A stretch of DNA of 64,000 nt from Callorhinchus milii (lineage: Eukaryota). This document shows positions 25,244 to 39,012 of this stretch, in pieces; position 1 is the first letter of the stretch; each line of letters opens with the position of its first letter. The DNA is taken from assembly GCF_018977255.1 (NCBI RefSeq), contig NW_024704743.1, forward strand, positions 113,896,001 to 113,960,000, written 5' to 3'. A program made the translations under genes and the position numbers. The notes under the pieces are model-generated. The model saw only the letters and a program-made list of their open reading frames with translations. It had not been told where the DNA came from and ran no database searches.

Positions 25244-26459
25244 GTTGCTTAGGCAATGGGATCAAGCCAACTGCGCATATGCAGGCGTCGTTTGCCACAA
25301 ATAGTGTCTGTAGGCTGTATAAAAGTACTTTATTTCAGCTTTGGTATATTGAAAGAGCAATATAAAATAATTATTAAAGATATAACCTTTTCCTCAATAT
25401 ATTCTGTTAACTGCTGGTATTTTGTGTGCTGAATAAGCACTTCCTGTAATGCCTTGTGGGAAAAAATTGATTTGTGAAGAGACCCTGATCCTTAGATATT
25501 ATTGATGGAATTGGACAAACAGACCAGAGGTTCACACTGCAATGCAAGCATTATCACATGGGAGGAACAAAAAACTACTGTTCAATACCAAGTTTTAGGA
25601 AATCTTATGTACAGAGGAAACCTTTTTCTTGAAAATTACATTGATTTTTTCAAAAAAAAGTTTCCTTGTATTTCCGTCAGTGCATCTGGCTCCTTGATAT
25701 CTGTTGACAGAACACTGTTAATGATCATTCCAAAGCAGATAATAGCTGCTCTCATGTAAGTTGAAAATATTGACTTGTGTTTGTGTAAATGAAAAGAATT
25801 TCTACTTGGATTTGTTTGTTTCAAGTACCCAGATATTTCGCTGCTGGTAGTGCAGTGTATTACCTGATGTAATTTGCTGGTTTGATTGTCCTCTGTTGTT
25901 TTCGGAGTTGAACAAAAACATAGTTCATATTATGGATATTGTTCACATTGCCAAACTAGCAACTCACAGTATCTGCTAATGTAAGAAACCCATTTCAAAG
26001 CTAGTTATGGAAGAATAGAAAGCAGAATTTAGGAGGAATGAAATTCCTTCAGATTTCCTGCTGAATAATAATAATCTTACATTTGATATAACGTCTTTCT
26101 CATCGGGTGACAGTCTCAAAGTGCTTCAACAACAACTTGCATTTATATAGCGCCCCTCACGCAGGGTAGTGTCCCAGAGCGCTTCACGGATGCACTAAAA
26201 TTTTGTAGTTGAACATACGAGTTCAACTGCGATGACTAACTTCGTCTCCTTGTTTTGATCAATAAGATGATGAGTGGGTGGAATACAGTGCATTGACCTT
26301 TATATTTCTATACAGCCTTTCAAGAAAGTAAGGAGAAGTGGGATGCTGGCTACTACTTTCTCCCTTGGCCAGAGTGGTGGCACTATTGCAACAATCCCAC
26401 TGCAATCTTTACCAAGATCTTTTGCATTAGGGAATTGGACAATATGCAATAGTATGCAT

Positions 26460-26640
26460 CAGCCAGGCTCAGTTGGTGGGAATCTCGCCTCTGAGTCAGA
26501 TTGTGGGTTCAAGCTTTACAGAAAGATGTGGAATTTGTGTAGCCCGTGCCAACAATTCAGTGCAGTGCTGGTGGTGTGCTGCATTGTTGGAGTTGCTGTC
26601 CTTCAGATGAGATGTTGAACCAAAGTCCTACCTGCCTTTA
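26460..26640 (+). mobile_element. Old Deu-domain SINE 5' part
   Basis: ggctcagttggtgggaatctcgcctctgagtcag...gctgtccttcagatgagatgttgaacc. Confidence 0.6.
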
Positions 26641-27839
26641 GACAGTCCTAAGTTGCTCTTCACCACGACAAGTCAGTCAACAGACAAAGCACTTCAGATA
26701 TTTTGTAGTCATAAATTGTCTTGGCGTTTTTGTAGCATGCCAAGATTATTAGGAGAATCCATTCATCTTTCTTGTCTTAATTTGCATTTTAGGTTCCAAA
26801 TTTACATATAGGTTTGCAATGTTTAGTCAATTACTGATTAATTCATACAAAAATAGTTAGATCGCGGTTGGGGCTGTTTGAAGTCTGGTGTGCTCTGTCA
26901 GAATAGGAGCCGTGGACAGAGAGCAGTCTCGGTAAACATGTATGCACTATGGAAGAGAGGTTATTAGAACAGTAGTTTAAGAGGGATCTCATCTGAAGAA
27001 TGGCATCTCCAGTAATGCCCCCATTTCCCCAATAATGTACTGGAGTTCGAGCGTTACTAACTGAGCTAAGCTGACGTGCTTGATGGCCAAATATCCTCCC
27101 TTATACTTTTACTCCATTTGCTTGTTTGCTGCAGTACTGGAAATTAGTACACACCGTATTCAAGCCCTAATTGTCATTTACATGCTGGATAATGTTGGAT
27201 TGCATTTAAGTAGCTCACTGCACAGTTAAATCTTTTTATCCTTCGGGGGGGAATAACCTACAAATGGAGGAATGAATGCATATGAGTGATATTTTGGTCA
27301 GGCATTGATTTTGGAGTGCAGTAAACAATGATGATACCTGTGGGTTTGTGCTAGATTTTGTTGCAGCAAAAATGTTATCTGAAAGTACATCTAATGATAG
27401 GATTATCTGGAAAGATTTGAATCAATAATTGGAAGACTATTCAGTGAAAGTTGACTGTAGTTTGTAGTATCTGATTACAGACAATAATTGGGTTGTTTCA
27501 GCATGTTACTGAACCATTGCTGCCCATTTGCAGTCTAATGTGTTTATCGCCCAGTGTTCTCCCAATGGCATCTTGAAGTGTCTTGTGCTTAAAAAATTCA
27601 TGAGCACGATTAGCCTTTAATGTCAAATAATCAATCAACAGTTTAAATTAAATGACATTAACTTAAATGTCTGCTATGAATGGCTAATTGTACATTTTTT
27701 AAAGCAAACCATTGTATATTTTCATAATTTTTCTGAAGGTTGCTTTTTTTCTCTCCTGTAGCTTGTCATGGAATGTTTGGAGTTTTGTACTTTTACAATG
27801 AGTATGATCCATTTCTCTCCCTATGGTACTGACTTGTTG

Positions 27840-28130
27840 AGCTGTGATTTAAGTAATGCCTTTCACGTCGTGAGAATGTCCCAAGATGCTGGACAATGAG
27901 GGGTTTGCATCCAAGATATGGGTTGGGATCAGAGAGGGGTGAAGGGCACGGGGTGGAGAAGGAAAGATGACTGAAAATGTGGTTGACAAGTAAGGTCTTG
28001 AGACCGGCTTTGAATGAGGCAAGGGAGGGGGCGTGGCGGAGGGGCTCCGGCATGGAGTTCCAGAGAAGCGGAAGGCCCGACTGCCGGTAATGGAGCAGAC
28101 CAGTGCCAGCAGAGCAGAGGGACAGACAAA
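27840..28130 (-). mobile_element. L2 3' fragment
   Basis: [21 protein letters not shown] plus tail. Confidence 0.75.
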
Positions 28131-28349
28131 TTAGTGAAATTTTAATAGGTTGCAGAGATAGTGTGGAGCAAGTCTGTGGGACAAACCAAATTAGTCAAGT
28201 TATCTACCCATTAAAGAGTCTGGTATCCGCATTTGGCAAGCTACCAGTGTAAAGCAACAAGACTGAGTGGTCAGTTGCCAGGGCTGCATTTTAATGGGTA
28301 GAAAACGACTAACTCTCTACCACTTTCAGTACGTTTCCCAATAGGGAGT

Positions 28350-28617
28350 AACATTGGGCAAGTTTCCTTACCCCACACACCTTGTTTACCTAGCAGTAAG
28401 TAGGGACCTGATTGTCAATTGGGGGAATCGCTTTTCTGGGGGTAATAATTCCTTCCAAAAAAAATAAAAAATTGGTCGCTCAATCCACGACTTTGTGGGA
28501 CAATTTGCTGCAAAACATATACTGTCAATTCGCTTTACAGTATATTCTGTGAGGCCTTTGAGACATCTCGAACACTTGATAAGGTGCTATATCAAATGCA
28601 AGGACTATTATTATTAT
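28350..28617 (+). mobile_element. Long-type tRNA-SINE, head decayed
   Basis: ttgggcaagtttccttaccccacacaccttgtttacctagcagtaagtagg...aaatgcaaggactattatt. Confidence 0.8.
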
Positions 28618-31600
28618 CCATAGCACTGATGATGGAGTTGCTGGCCCAAATTCCTGTTCTTTTCTCCAGCCCCCACCTCTCTCAAGCTAAAGGAGCTATG
28701 GTTAGCAGCAGTGAATGGACCCCAAAACCATGAACCACTTTACACTGAAATCTTGAGTTCTAAGGTTATATGATGAAATATGTTTTTTTTACAAACCATT
28801 TGCTTGTTTACGAAAACAATGTATGAAAAATAAATGGTACAGCTGGCTCATTCTGTCCCACGCAAATATATCAATTGTGTAATTGAATTCTGTTAGTGGC
28901 AGGATCTGTGAGCATTAAGGCAAAATAACTCGTGACTAAATGCTGACCAACTTACTGCTTATAAAAAGTAGGGCAAGAGCGTGATCAAATGAGACATTTG
29001 GCTCTGAGAAAAAACTGCAAAACTAAGAATATTTTTTGAAGGATTGTAAATTGAGAAACCAGAAACAGAATCGATAGTGAAAGCAAGCTGGAAGGTACGA
29101 ATCAAAGTGATGGTTTACAGAACACTGTCAAAGCATAAATTGTGTAACTGGTGCTCTTTTTATAATCTCAACTTGGACACTTTTTTAAATCATGCAAAAG
29201 CATCTTCCTCTTCCCTCCTCCGTATCATGTATTTACTGGAGCTAGCTCCAAGGTCACATGCCTGTTAACGAAATTTGGAATACAGTTGATCCACTTGTGG
29301 TCTTTGCAGTTGGGTCTGCAGTACTCCAAGGCAAGAATTCTTTCCAATTGGCTGCCACTAATCCCGCAAGCCAAAGCTTCATCAGGTAAGGCAGTCTGGG
29401 AAGTTTGCCAGACAGTACTCTCAATGGCAAGTTGTGCAATTTTAGCTGGTAAAACTCCAGCAGTACCTCAACACGTACTCTGGGATCCCCAAGTCTCGAG
29501 TCTTGCCCGATTTTGCCTAATACTTTTCTGTAAATATATCCCATGGTGGGGGATGGGGGTGGGTGGGAAGAGGAGGAGTACATACTTCCAGACAAAGGGA
29601 ATTTTTCATGCATCGATGGCCTACATGTATAAAATTTTGTGTAGTGTGAATGCTCGAGCATGGTGAATATTCAAGTGCTCCTGGACGCTGTCCCGCATGA
29701 AGGGCATCATGTAAATGCAAATTGTGGTTGTAGTTGGGTTTTTGTTCATGTGTCAGACACCTTTACGGTCCTCAATATTAGCCTGTGCATTTTACCACAT
29801 TTCTCAATTAAAGAAAACATATTTCCTTTTTCTCTCCTTTATCCCCCCTCCCCCCCATCTGATCAGCAATAGAAAAGAAATGTCCTCTTAAATTGCTTGT
29901 TTGGGAGACTCTTAACTTGGTTTACTGTAATATTACTGTAATTCCTGTGAAGCCCTTTGTGACATCTCGACGACTTGATGAGATGCTGTATCAAATGCAA
30001 GGATTATTTATATTTTATTTATGTTCTATTTATAATTATTGAATTGAATTTGTAAAAATTCATTAATTGGTGAATGACGATGTGTATATGTATATTTGCA
30101 ACATTAGAGTCCAGAATTCTTGCAATCCTACTGGAATTAAAGCTGTGATTGTATTTAGTATAGATTACCGATGCCATCTTCAAAGCCAGTAAAAATATTC
30201 AGTGTGTCCTCAAATCAATGTGGTACAGTAATTGCATCATAATATTCATCTCCTGATTAAGAGGGTGCTCATAATGGTATGTGAGATGTACTCATCAAAG
30301 TGAACTTTTGTATGTAGATTTGGGAATGAAGTGGGAGGCAGTACCGATGCTGTTGGATTGATAGTTACTGTATTTACATGAATGTAAGGTACAGGCAAAT
30401 TTTAGATGTTCTGGGGTCAAAATGGCACTCACTGAAATTCTATGGTGCCATTGATTCTAAGGTGCACTCTTATTTTGGAAGTACATTTTAAATGGGTGGA
30501 GGAGAAACTCACTTTAAATTTGAGTGAATACAGTATTATTCAGTATCAACTGTTAGGTGAAGTTGGTCATCTTATATGATCACTGCTCAACGTTTTGATC
30601 TCCTCACAATACTTATTAGTGTGCACAAATAATATGGCCTTGAATGGTTAATAATTGATAGTTTGTGTACCAGAGTAAATATGTAATCTCTTGTTTGACA
30701 ATTGGGTGACCAGGAGTTAGCTTTACAAATGTGCTTACCTTTTCAAATCATTGAATCCTCTAACTGAATCAAACCTTTGCATTACTGATAGATGACATTT
30801 GTGCATAAATTCCCATAGCAATGCTATCAATGGCAAGCAATGTAGTTTTCATTGGTTAGACTTCAGCAGTACCCCAACACACACCCTGGAATCTCCAAGC
30901 CTTGGCTCTTACCAACCTGCGCCTAATACTTTCTGGAATTAGGTGAGCAGGATGTGCCCTCCAGGGAGAGATTGCGCATTCCATTCCAACGGTTTATCAT
31001 GGAATTTCCATGTGTAGGTGGGATGCATGGAAATCTCAGCTTGGTTTGGATAATCTTGATGGGTATCCACATGTGTTAGTTACCCGGCTGACACCCCCCC
31101 GCACCCCCCACTAAAAGTGATATTGACAAGATAAGACAAGTTATGTTATCAGGAGTTTACTATATATCAAATGTAAGGATTGCTATTATGACATGATAAG
31201 TACTATGGAAGAATGCAAACTTTTGTTTCTTCCTCTGAAGGTTTCAATAAAGTCATGCGGTAAGCATATAAAATTTTCATGCTGTGTACACTTAAAATAT
31301 GAATCGGCCAGAAGTACAATTAGATTTTGGATTTGTAAATGTGTCTATCAAAAGGTTTCCTCTTCGTGTCTCTCAAACTCTCAACCTGCTTGTAGAAGTC
31401 AACATTGGGTTTTTTGTATCACTGGCCCATGTAACCTTTTTGAGTGAAATTGGGGAAGGTTGACAAACCAAATAGTTCTGTTGATGCATTATGGAAAAAA
31501 ATAAATATGAGTGTTTGCTTGTCCAGTGCTATCAGCCCGAGGTATTGCACAGTTTCTGAAGGGCATCACAAGACTTATCTGTAAACAAAGCATTTAATCA

Positions 31601-33334
31601 ATAGAAATTTAGTGATGAACTTCTTAGTTCACATCAGGATCTGTGCATAAAGTCTAAGACAACACCAGCTAGCTTCTTCTCAACCTGATTATGACTCACC
31701 AGTTTCAACTGGGTCACTCCCTGAGCCATCCTAAGCTGAAGTTAAAATGTTTATGAACCTCAATATCCATGTTTAATGGTTAAATCAATTGCATGATGTA
31801 ACTTGAGACAACTGCCACAAGTTAGTTATTTCCAGCTTTTGCATTCAAAAGCATGCCCAGTGCCAGTTAAGCACTTTGTGAGCCTCAGTAATTGAGTAAA
31901 TGATATTTATTTTCCAGCTGAAAAGGGAGCAGAACATGTGTTTTACATCTGCAGACCAAAATAAGTTTTGAACAAGCTTAATTTATCTCACTAAACTTTT
32001 CTGAAATGCAAAAAAGTGATGCCAGCAAAATACAATTTGGAACATGACAAATTGATTGTATAGGATGCATTGGTTGTGAGTAGTAGTTTTGGTGAAATAA
32101 ACCACAGGTTCACGTCAGCCTAATAACAGCAAGTAATTGTTGGTCCATGTTATTTTCGTGAAATAACACTCTTGTGAAATGCCTTCTTTTGGTAAATTGC
32201 CATTCACTGTTTACCATTCAAGTCACTCGCACTCTAGAAGTTAGGAAGTAAATCTTTGAATTCCTCATTTAAGTTGAGAAGCTACCATGCTGCTTCGCAA
32301 AATTTGATTCTTGCTCCGATATAACTGCGGTTGTGCTATCAACTGGTGCAAAACTATTCTTATTATAGATTCTGAGAAAAAAATCGCATAAGCTGTCCAG
32401 ATGTGAACAGTGCAAACTGAGGCCAGTCAGTTGGGTGATTTTTTTTTAAAAAAGCATTGAAATCTTGTCACTCTTCCTGAGCCAGGGTGGCAAATCCCAA
32501 TTTCTACTAATGCTAATTGAAATTTTGCTGATAAAGTGGGTTTGAAAGAAAAAAAAGCCATTGATTGTTTTTTGGTATTGCGAGCCATTTTGAAGAAGAA
32601 CTTGTAATACTGATATATCTGAAGGTCAGAAGCTATATTCACTCAGTGATGATTTTATTCAAATTTTCCTCTCTACTTTATTCTTTTTTTCGCCCTTATG
32701 AGTTTTTTGACCTTGCTGTTTTCTGAGGTACAGGTTCATGCTGGGTATAGTTCTACTGCTACCGGCAGTACTCTAGTACCTGATTTTAACTTATCAGTGA
32801 AATGAGGCTTTTCACATCCGTGTTTATATTCTCCTTGGCCATTGGTGACACCAGTTTACCTTAGGTAGTGTGCCTGCTGCTTGCTGACTGCCACAGAATG
32901 AGATAGTGAATTTGAATGCCATAATGTCTTGCATAATTTGTTGCTGCTGATAGCACTGCTTCTTTTCGCAAAATTTTTAAACTGTACCCAGTGTGAGTTG
33001 GTTTACATCCCATCTCAAGACCCTCCTCTTCGACCATGCTTTTGATCTTCTTGCCCCGCATTCCACCCTCCCTGACCCCTAGCACAGGTTCGTAACTCTG
33101 TCCAGGGCCTTGGGACGTCCTCCCAAAGTGAAAGGCAAATGTAATTTTGTTGTTGTTGTATAGACCCATTCAGCTGGTTTTCAAGAGGAAATTGATGATC
33201 AGAGTTGCGATTCGCTAATAAAAACCTTCTGCCTCCCAACTGACTTTAGAATGGGTTAGTTTTCAGTTTCTGTAGTGTCTGATGTGGTTTTTAAAATTCA
33301 AGTACTGTATTGGCACTTTTTTAATTAATACAAA

Positions 33335-33812
33335 TATCCTCACCTACAAGGCCATTCACGGCCTTGTTCCCTCCTACCTCTCCGACCTACTATCCCCCTA
33401 CCTACCTGCCCGTACCCTCCGTTCCTCTGGCTCCGGTCTGCTCCACGTCCCCCGCCCCAACCGCCCTACCATCGGTGGTCGGGCCTTCAGCCTCTCAGCC
33501 CCCAGGCTCTGGAACTCCATCCCCCAGTGCCTTCGCCTTGCTTCCTCCCTTTCCTCCTTCAAGGCCGGTCTCAAAACCTTTCTCTTTGACCGTGCCTTCA
33601 GCTCCCCTCTCGACTCTCTTCCTCCTCCTCGCTCCCTCCCTTCCCTCCCCTCACCCTGACCATTTCCCCCTCCTCTCTCCCTCCCTTCCCTCCCCTCACC
33701 CTGACCATTTCCCCCCTGCTCGGGTCATGACCCAACTGTGCAGCGCTTTGGGACATCCTCCTGACGTGAAAGGCGCTCTATAAATGGAATCTTGTTGTTG
33801 TTGTTGTTGTTG
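33335..33812 (+). mobile_element. Young 5'-truncated L2 (an older L2 tail lies at about 33013-33160)
   Basis: [19 protein letters not shown]...[10 protein letters not shown], two 3'UTR repeat units, (TTG)n. Confidence 0.93.
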
Positions 33813-34849
33813 CTTCAAAGGGAGTAATTTTATTTGTGTTTCCAGCTCTGTACAAGTGTTGATTGCCAGAATAATTCTGTGGAACACAGTACTGATTGCT
33901 ATCCTTTCCAGTCCTATACACGTGGCAGATTTGTCACAAGGTTTTTGTAGTACGTGTCAGCTTGGTTTAGCTGATATCACTATCTCTTCTGGATGAGAAG
34001 GTTCTGGTTTAGCATTTTGGTGCACTGAGTGAGGAGAGCTACACTTTTCCGTTGTTTGGATGATATGATGAACGAAAGGAGTTTATCCTATTGTCCGAGA
34101 CAACAGTTGTTCAGATTAATTGGCCAATCACCTCGAGGGTTTTTGTGGGACCTTGCTGCAGCTGCTGCAGTTGTCTACAAAAGCAAATCGCAAGATCTCG
34201 CAGTAATTAGTGTAAAAGCACATTGTTTTGAATGAGGCACTGTTAAATGTCATCCTAAATTAAATTGACCATCACTTTGATGTCCATTGGATCATTACTA
34301 AAGACCAAGTACGTTCTAGTTGAGGGAGCGCAGATAGAGGATGTAATAATAAAGGCACATTCGTTTTGTTGCACCAAACCTTGGGAGGTTATGAAAATGT
34401 GAATGGATTTTATGATGTGTGATGTCTAACCTCTCGAAAAAGACTAGCATGTTGGGTATTCTGTTGAGTGAGCTGTTAAATGAAATGTTATCAGCTGTAA
34501 CACAGAATTTAGAAGTAGCTTTTGTTTTGAAGTTAGGCTAAATTTATGAATTGTTGAAGAAAACTGTGGTGTAAATCTGTAACATTTGCGCTACTTTGTG
34601 AAAGTGCATATAAAGCACAAATTAAAGCTAATGGTTTTTACGGAATGGGAAAATCATCATAATGTTATCTTTCATGTTTAGTGAGAAAATATTGTGATAC
34701 AGTTAATTGAATATGTTCCATTGTTTATAAGTTACACGCTACACAGAATAAATTCCATATTTGATACACTGTATCCATGGATATGTGTAATACTGTCGGC
34801 TTCTCCAAAGCATGGAACACAACTCACCAGTGTTTCACAATCACAAGAT

Positions 34850-35630
34850 TGATCCCAATAAAGAAGGCCCTTCAGTCTATCCAGTCTCATCCCTCTGTAA
34901 CTCCTCAACCCTCCATCACTGCAACAAGTCGTTGATTTCCCTTGAAACAAAACTTTCTGGTATCTGTCCTGAAGTTGCCCTTTACAACCCTAAGCCCTTA
35001 CAACTAAACCTATGCCCTCTTGTTCTACTGTCATGATATATCTAAAGTAATGATCTGCGATTTTTTCAATCGTTTAAAATTTTGCACACCTCCATGCGGT
35101 TCTTTCTCAGTCATCTTTTCTCAAGACTGAAAAGTTGCAGTTTGTCAGGTCATTGCACGTAGCTCATTCCTCTTAACACCTCCTCTGCATTGCCTCTTGG
35201 GCCTGGATAGCCCTAGCCCCCTTTTGTTGCGGTGACCAGAACTGTATGCCAAATGATATCTGGTGGTGTAAACTCAACCGATTTAGCAATATAGCCCAGC
35301 ATCGTGCTTGTCTTGTGTAATGCTGCCTCACATTGTTTTGACACAGTCAGTGACAAGTCAATTGATACCCCTAGATCTCTTTCAGCTTCCCCCTTAGCAT
35401 GTTCAATCCCATTCATGGAGTACTTGCCTCCTATTCTTGGATCCTATTTGTATTTTGTTTTTATCAATATTAAACTTAATTTGCCAGTTACTGACAATTT
35501 ACATACCCTACCGAGTTCTATTACCTTTGGTGCCTCCTCTAATTCCACATAACTAACTGTTTTACGCAAGGCCTGCAAATCTGGGTATTTAATGGATACG
35601 AGGAACAGGATGGTCCCACTGCAGATCCCT
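34850..35630 (-). mobile_element. CR1-type LINE 3' fragment
   Basis: PQGS remnant near 35620, ERDLGVSIDLSL.VSKQC..A..K...MLGYI, LQLFSLEKR and RTRGH: typical CR1 ORF2 C-terminus. Confidence 0.8.
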
Positions 35631-36267
35631 GAGGCTGGTGGGGTTTTCAGATACGGGATTTGAATATTACTGAATTATGATGGTGGGCTGAATTCTGGAA
35701 TCTACAAATATTTCTATTAAAGAGCTATTTTTCACCCACAAAATATTCAGTCAATTCACTTTGCAGTATATTCTGTGAAGCGCTGCGAGATGTCTCAAAG
35801 ACGTGATAAGGCACTATATCAAAAGCAACAATTATCATCATCATCCTAGGGAGCTTTGAGAGAAGTTCCTAAAATCCGATGAAGGCAACATCTTCTATAT
35901 TGCAGATCTGGTCTTGTAATACACTTCAAATTGCTATGTGAGGTTGAAATTTTTTCTTTAAAATTTAGTACACAGATCCTGTCACAATAGTCAATAGAAA
36001 TGGACATTGTAGATAATTGGCGTTGTGATAATAAGCATGCAGTTGTGAGCATGGACACAAGGTTACGAGGGGCATGATATAGTCTAAACTAAATCACATC
36101 GTTAGTAACAATGTGTTCAAGTGAACAACTAGATTTTGTTTTAATGCACTTTTGGGCAGTGTAGTTGGAGAAAAAAATGGAGATTTTACTGAAAGTTCAG
36201 TAATAAGAAAGACAGAATTAGATTCAAACTGAGAAACGACAACAAAATTACATTCAAAGCACCTTTC

Positions 36268-37125
36268 AACAACAACAATAACTTGCACTTATATAGCGAC
36301 CTCCACCCAGGATAGCATCTTAGAACGCTTAACAGTGGTGGAGACTGACTCTGAGCCCAGTGTGTGGGGAGGGGGGAAGATGCTCGTAAGCACAGTCGAA
36401 GAGGAAGGTCTTCAAGTGGGACTTGAAAAAGGGGAGAGAGGGGGCAAAGCAGAGGGATTGAGGGCGAGTGTTCCAGAGTTGCAGGGCGTAGTGGCTGAAA
36501 GCGCGACCCCAGATGGTGGGGCGGAGGGTGCGAGAGACAAGTACGGGGTCGGTGCCAGTCGAGAGGAGGCAATTGGTTATGGATTGGGGAGTGAGGAGGT
36601 TGGAGAGGTAGGTGCCAGAGAGTGAAGGGATTCGAACACAAGTGTGAGGATCTTGAAATCGATCCATTTGGTGATGGGGAGCCAGTGGAGCCTGGCCAGA
36701 ACTGATGAGATGTGGGTACAAAGTTTGGTCCGGGTCAGTATGCGAGTAGTAGAGTTCTGAATGAGCTGGATCTTTTGAATGTTGGAGCTGGGGAGACTGG
36801 TGAGGAGTGCATTTGAGTAATCCAAGCGGGAGGTGACAACCGCATGCATGAGGGTTTTAGCTGCATTTGGGGTAAGGTGGGTGATGTGGAAAAAAGGCAG
36901 TCCTGGTCAGGAACCGGATGTGGATGAGGAAGCACAGCTGGCGGTCAAACCGGACCCATAGGTTGCGTACTGGTTCGGTGATCTTGAGGATGAGCCCAGG
37001 GAGGTTGAGGAGTTTGGATTCGGAGGAGTGAAGATGTTGATGGGAGCAAAGAAGTATGGCTTCCGTCTTGTCCACATTCAGCTGCAGGATGTTTGCACTC
37101 ATCCAGACCCTGATGTCTGCCAGAT
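36268..37125 (-). mobile_element. L2 3' fragment (second subfamily)
   Basis: [47 protein letters not shown]. Confidence 0.88.
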
Positions 37126-39012
37126 GAGCTTTCACGTTGGGAGGATGTCCCAAGTCGCTGAATAGTCAGGGATCAGGACCCGAGCGTGGAAAGGGGCAGG
37201 GTTGGGATGAGGGAGGATAGAGAGTTAGGAAGGCGGCGGAAGGCATGGTTGAAAAGGAGGGTCTTGAGTCATTGCCTTGAAGGAGGTGAGGGAGTAAGGA
37301 GAAGGGATTGTGGGGTGGAGTTCCAAAGGATGGGGGCAGAGAGGCTGAAAGCCCGGACGCCAATGGTCAGGCGCAAGACATGGAGCAGACCGGAACCTGC
37401 TGAACAGAGGGAGCGGACAGGTTGATAGGGGTTTAGGGTCAGAGAGGTAGGAGGGGGCAAGACCGTGGGGGCCCTTGAAAGTGGGGACGAGCATTTTGAA
37501 TTCTGTCCTCTGAGGGATGGGGAGCCAGTGGACCCGGATGAAGGTGGGGTTGATGGGGTCACGGAGCCTGGTGCAGAAGAGGATATGAGTTGTAGAGTTC
37601 TGGATGATCTGCAGCTTGTGGCTGGAAGAGTTTGGGGAGGCTGACAAGGAGGGATTTTCTGTAGTTGAACCTTGAGGTAATGAATGCGTGAATAAGGGTT
37701 TTGGCAGCCTGAGAGGTGAAGCAGCGGTGGAGTTGGGCAGTAGTGGAGTTGGGCAATGTTGCGGAGGTGGAGGAAAGCAGAGCGGGCCATGGCATGGATA
37801 TGGAGGAGAAAGGACAGCTGAGGTCGAACAAGACGCCCAGGTTCCTGACTGGCTTAGTGAGGTGGGCTGTGCAGAGGCGCTGGCGCGAGCCAATGAAGAT
37901 AGCCTCCGTCTTGCTGACATTCAGCTGTAGAAAGTTAGGTCTCATCCAGGACTTGATGTCTAACAGACAATCCGTCAGGACATAGTTGCCCTGGAATCGA
38001 GGTTGGAGGCAAAGAGATAGAGTTGGGTATCACTCGGGTACGTGTGAAAGTTGACCCCATGTCTGCGGATGATGTCATCAAGAGGGAGCACGTAGAGGTT
38101 GAAGAGAAGGGTACTGAGTACAGAGCCCTGAGGAGCACCACATGAGACTGTGAGGGGGCTGGAAGGGAAACCGTTGGCGGAGACAAATTGGAGAAGGTGT
38201 GAGGTATGACTTGTGCCATTGAAGGACAGAAACTTGAAGGTTGAGGTGAGAAAAGAGGTGGTGGAGGAGGATGGAGTTGTCCGCGGTATCGAAGGCATCA
38301 GAGAGGATGACGAGGTAGAGGAATCCCTGGTCACAGATGGACCGGATGTCGTTTGTGACCTTGACCAGAGCAGTTTCGGAAAACGGATTGGAGGGGCTCA
38401 TGAAGGGAGTGGAAGGAGAGGAAGGAATGAAGCTGGGAAGCAACGACTCTTTTAAAGACCTTGGAAAGAGAAGGGAGGTTGGAAATGGGGCGATAGTTAG
38501 AAAGCAGAGATAGGTCCAGGGAAGTTTTTTTCAGGATGGGAGTGTTTATAGCTGTTTTTAGGGGATTGGGAACAGTGCCAGATGATACGGAGAGATTGTT
38601 GGAGAGTAGAGGGGCGAGGGGGTGGAGCTGGGAGGTAAGGAGATGGGAGGAGTCAAGGAAGCAGGTGGTGTGTTTTATGCTGGATATGGTGGTGATGAGA
38701 GAGGTGGGGGAGGCAGGTTTGAAGATGTGGAGGGAGGAATGGGTAGGGGTCGGTGTATGGGGGGGGAGATGGGGAGGGAGTGGCGGTTGGAAGGATGAAG
38801 GAAGCTGACCGGATCCCCTTGATTTTGGACTCAAGGAAATCCAGCATCTCTTCACAGTCAAGAGTTTGAGGAGGGATGGGCGAGGCGTGGGAGGATGAAC
38901 GGAGGAGCCGTTTAGTGGTGGAGAATAGGAGCCTGGGGTTGTCTTTCACCTCCAAGATTATCTTTGAGTAGAAGGACGATTTGGCGGAGGTGAGGGCGGA
39001 GTGGTACATTTT
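37126..39012 (-). mobile_element. L2 ORF2 fragment (~1.9 kb), decayed
   Basis: [49 protein letters not shown]. Confidence 0.9.

Noticed and set aside
29254..29872. Cluster of overlapping 67-135-aa ORFs
   Set aside because: No recognisable motif or convincing splice pair; likely chance ORFs.
33784..33996. Poly-Cys/Gln/Tyr/Thr peptides in short ORFs
   Set aside because: Translations of (TTG)n and (TTA)n retroposon tails.
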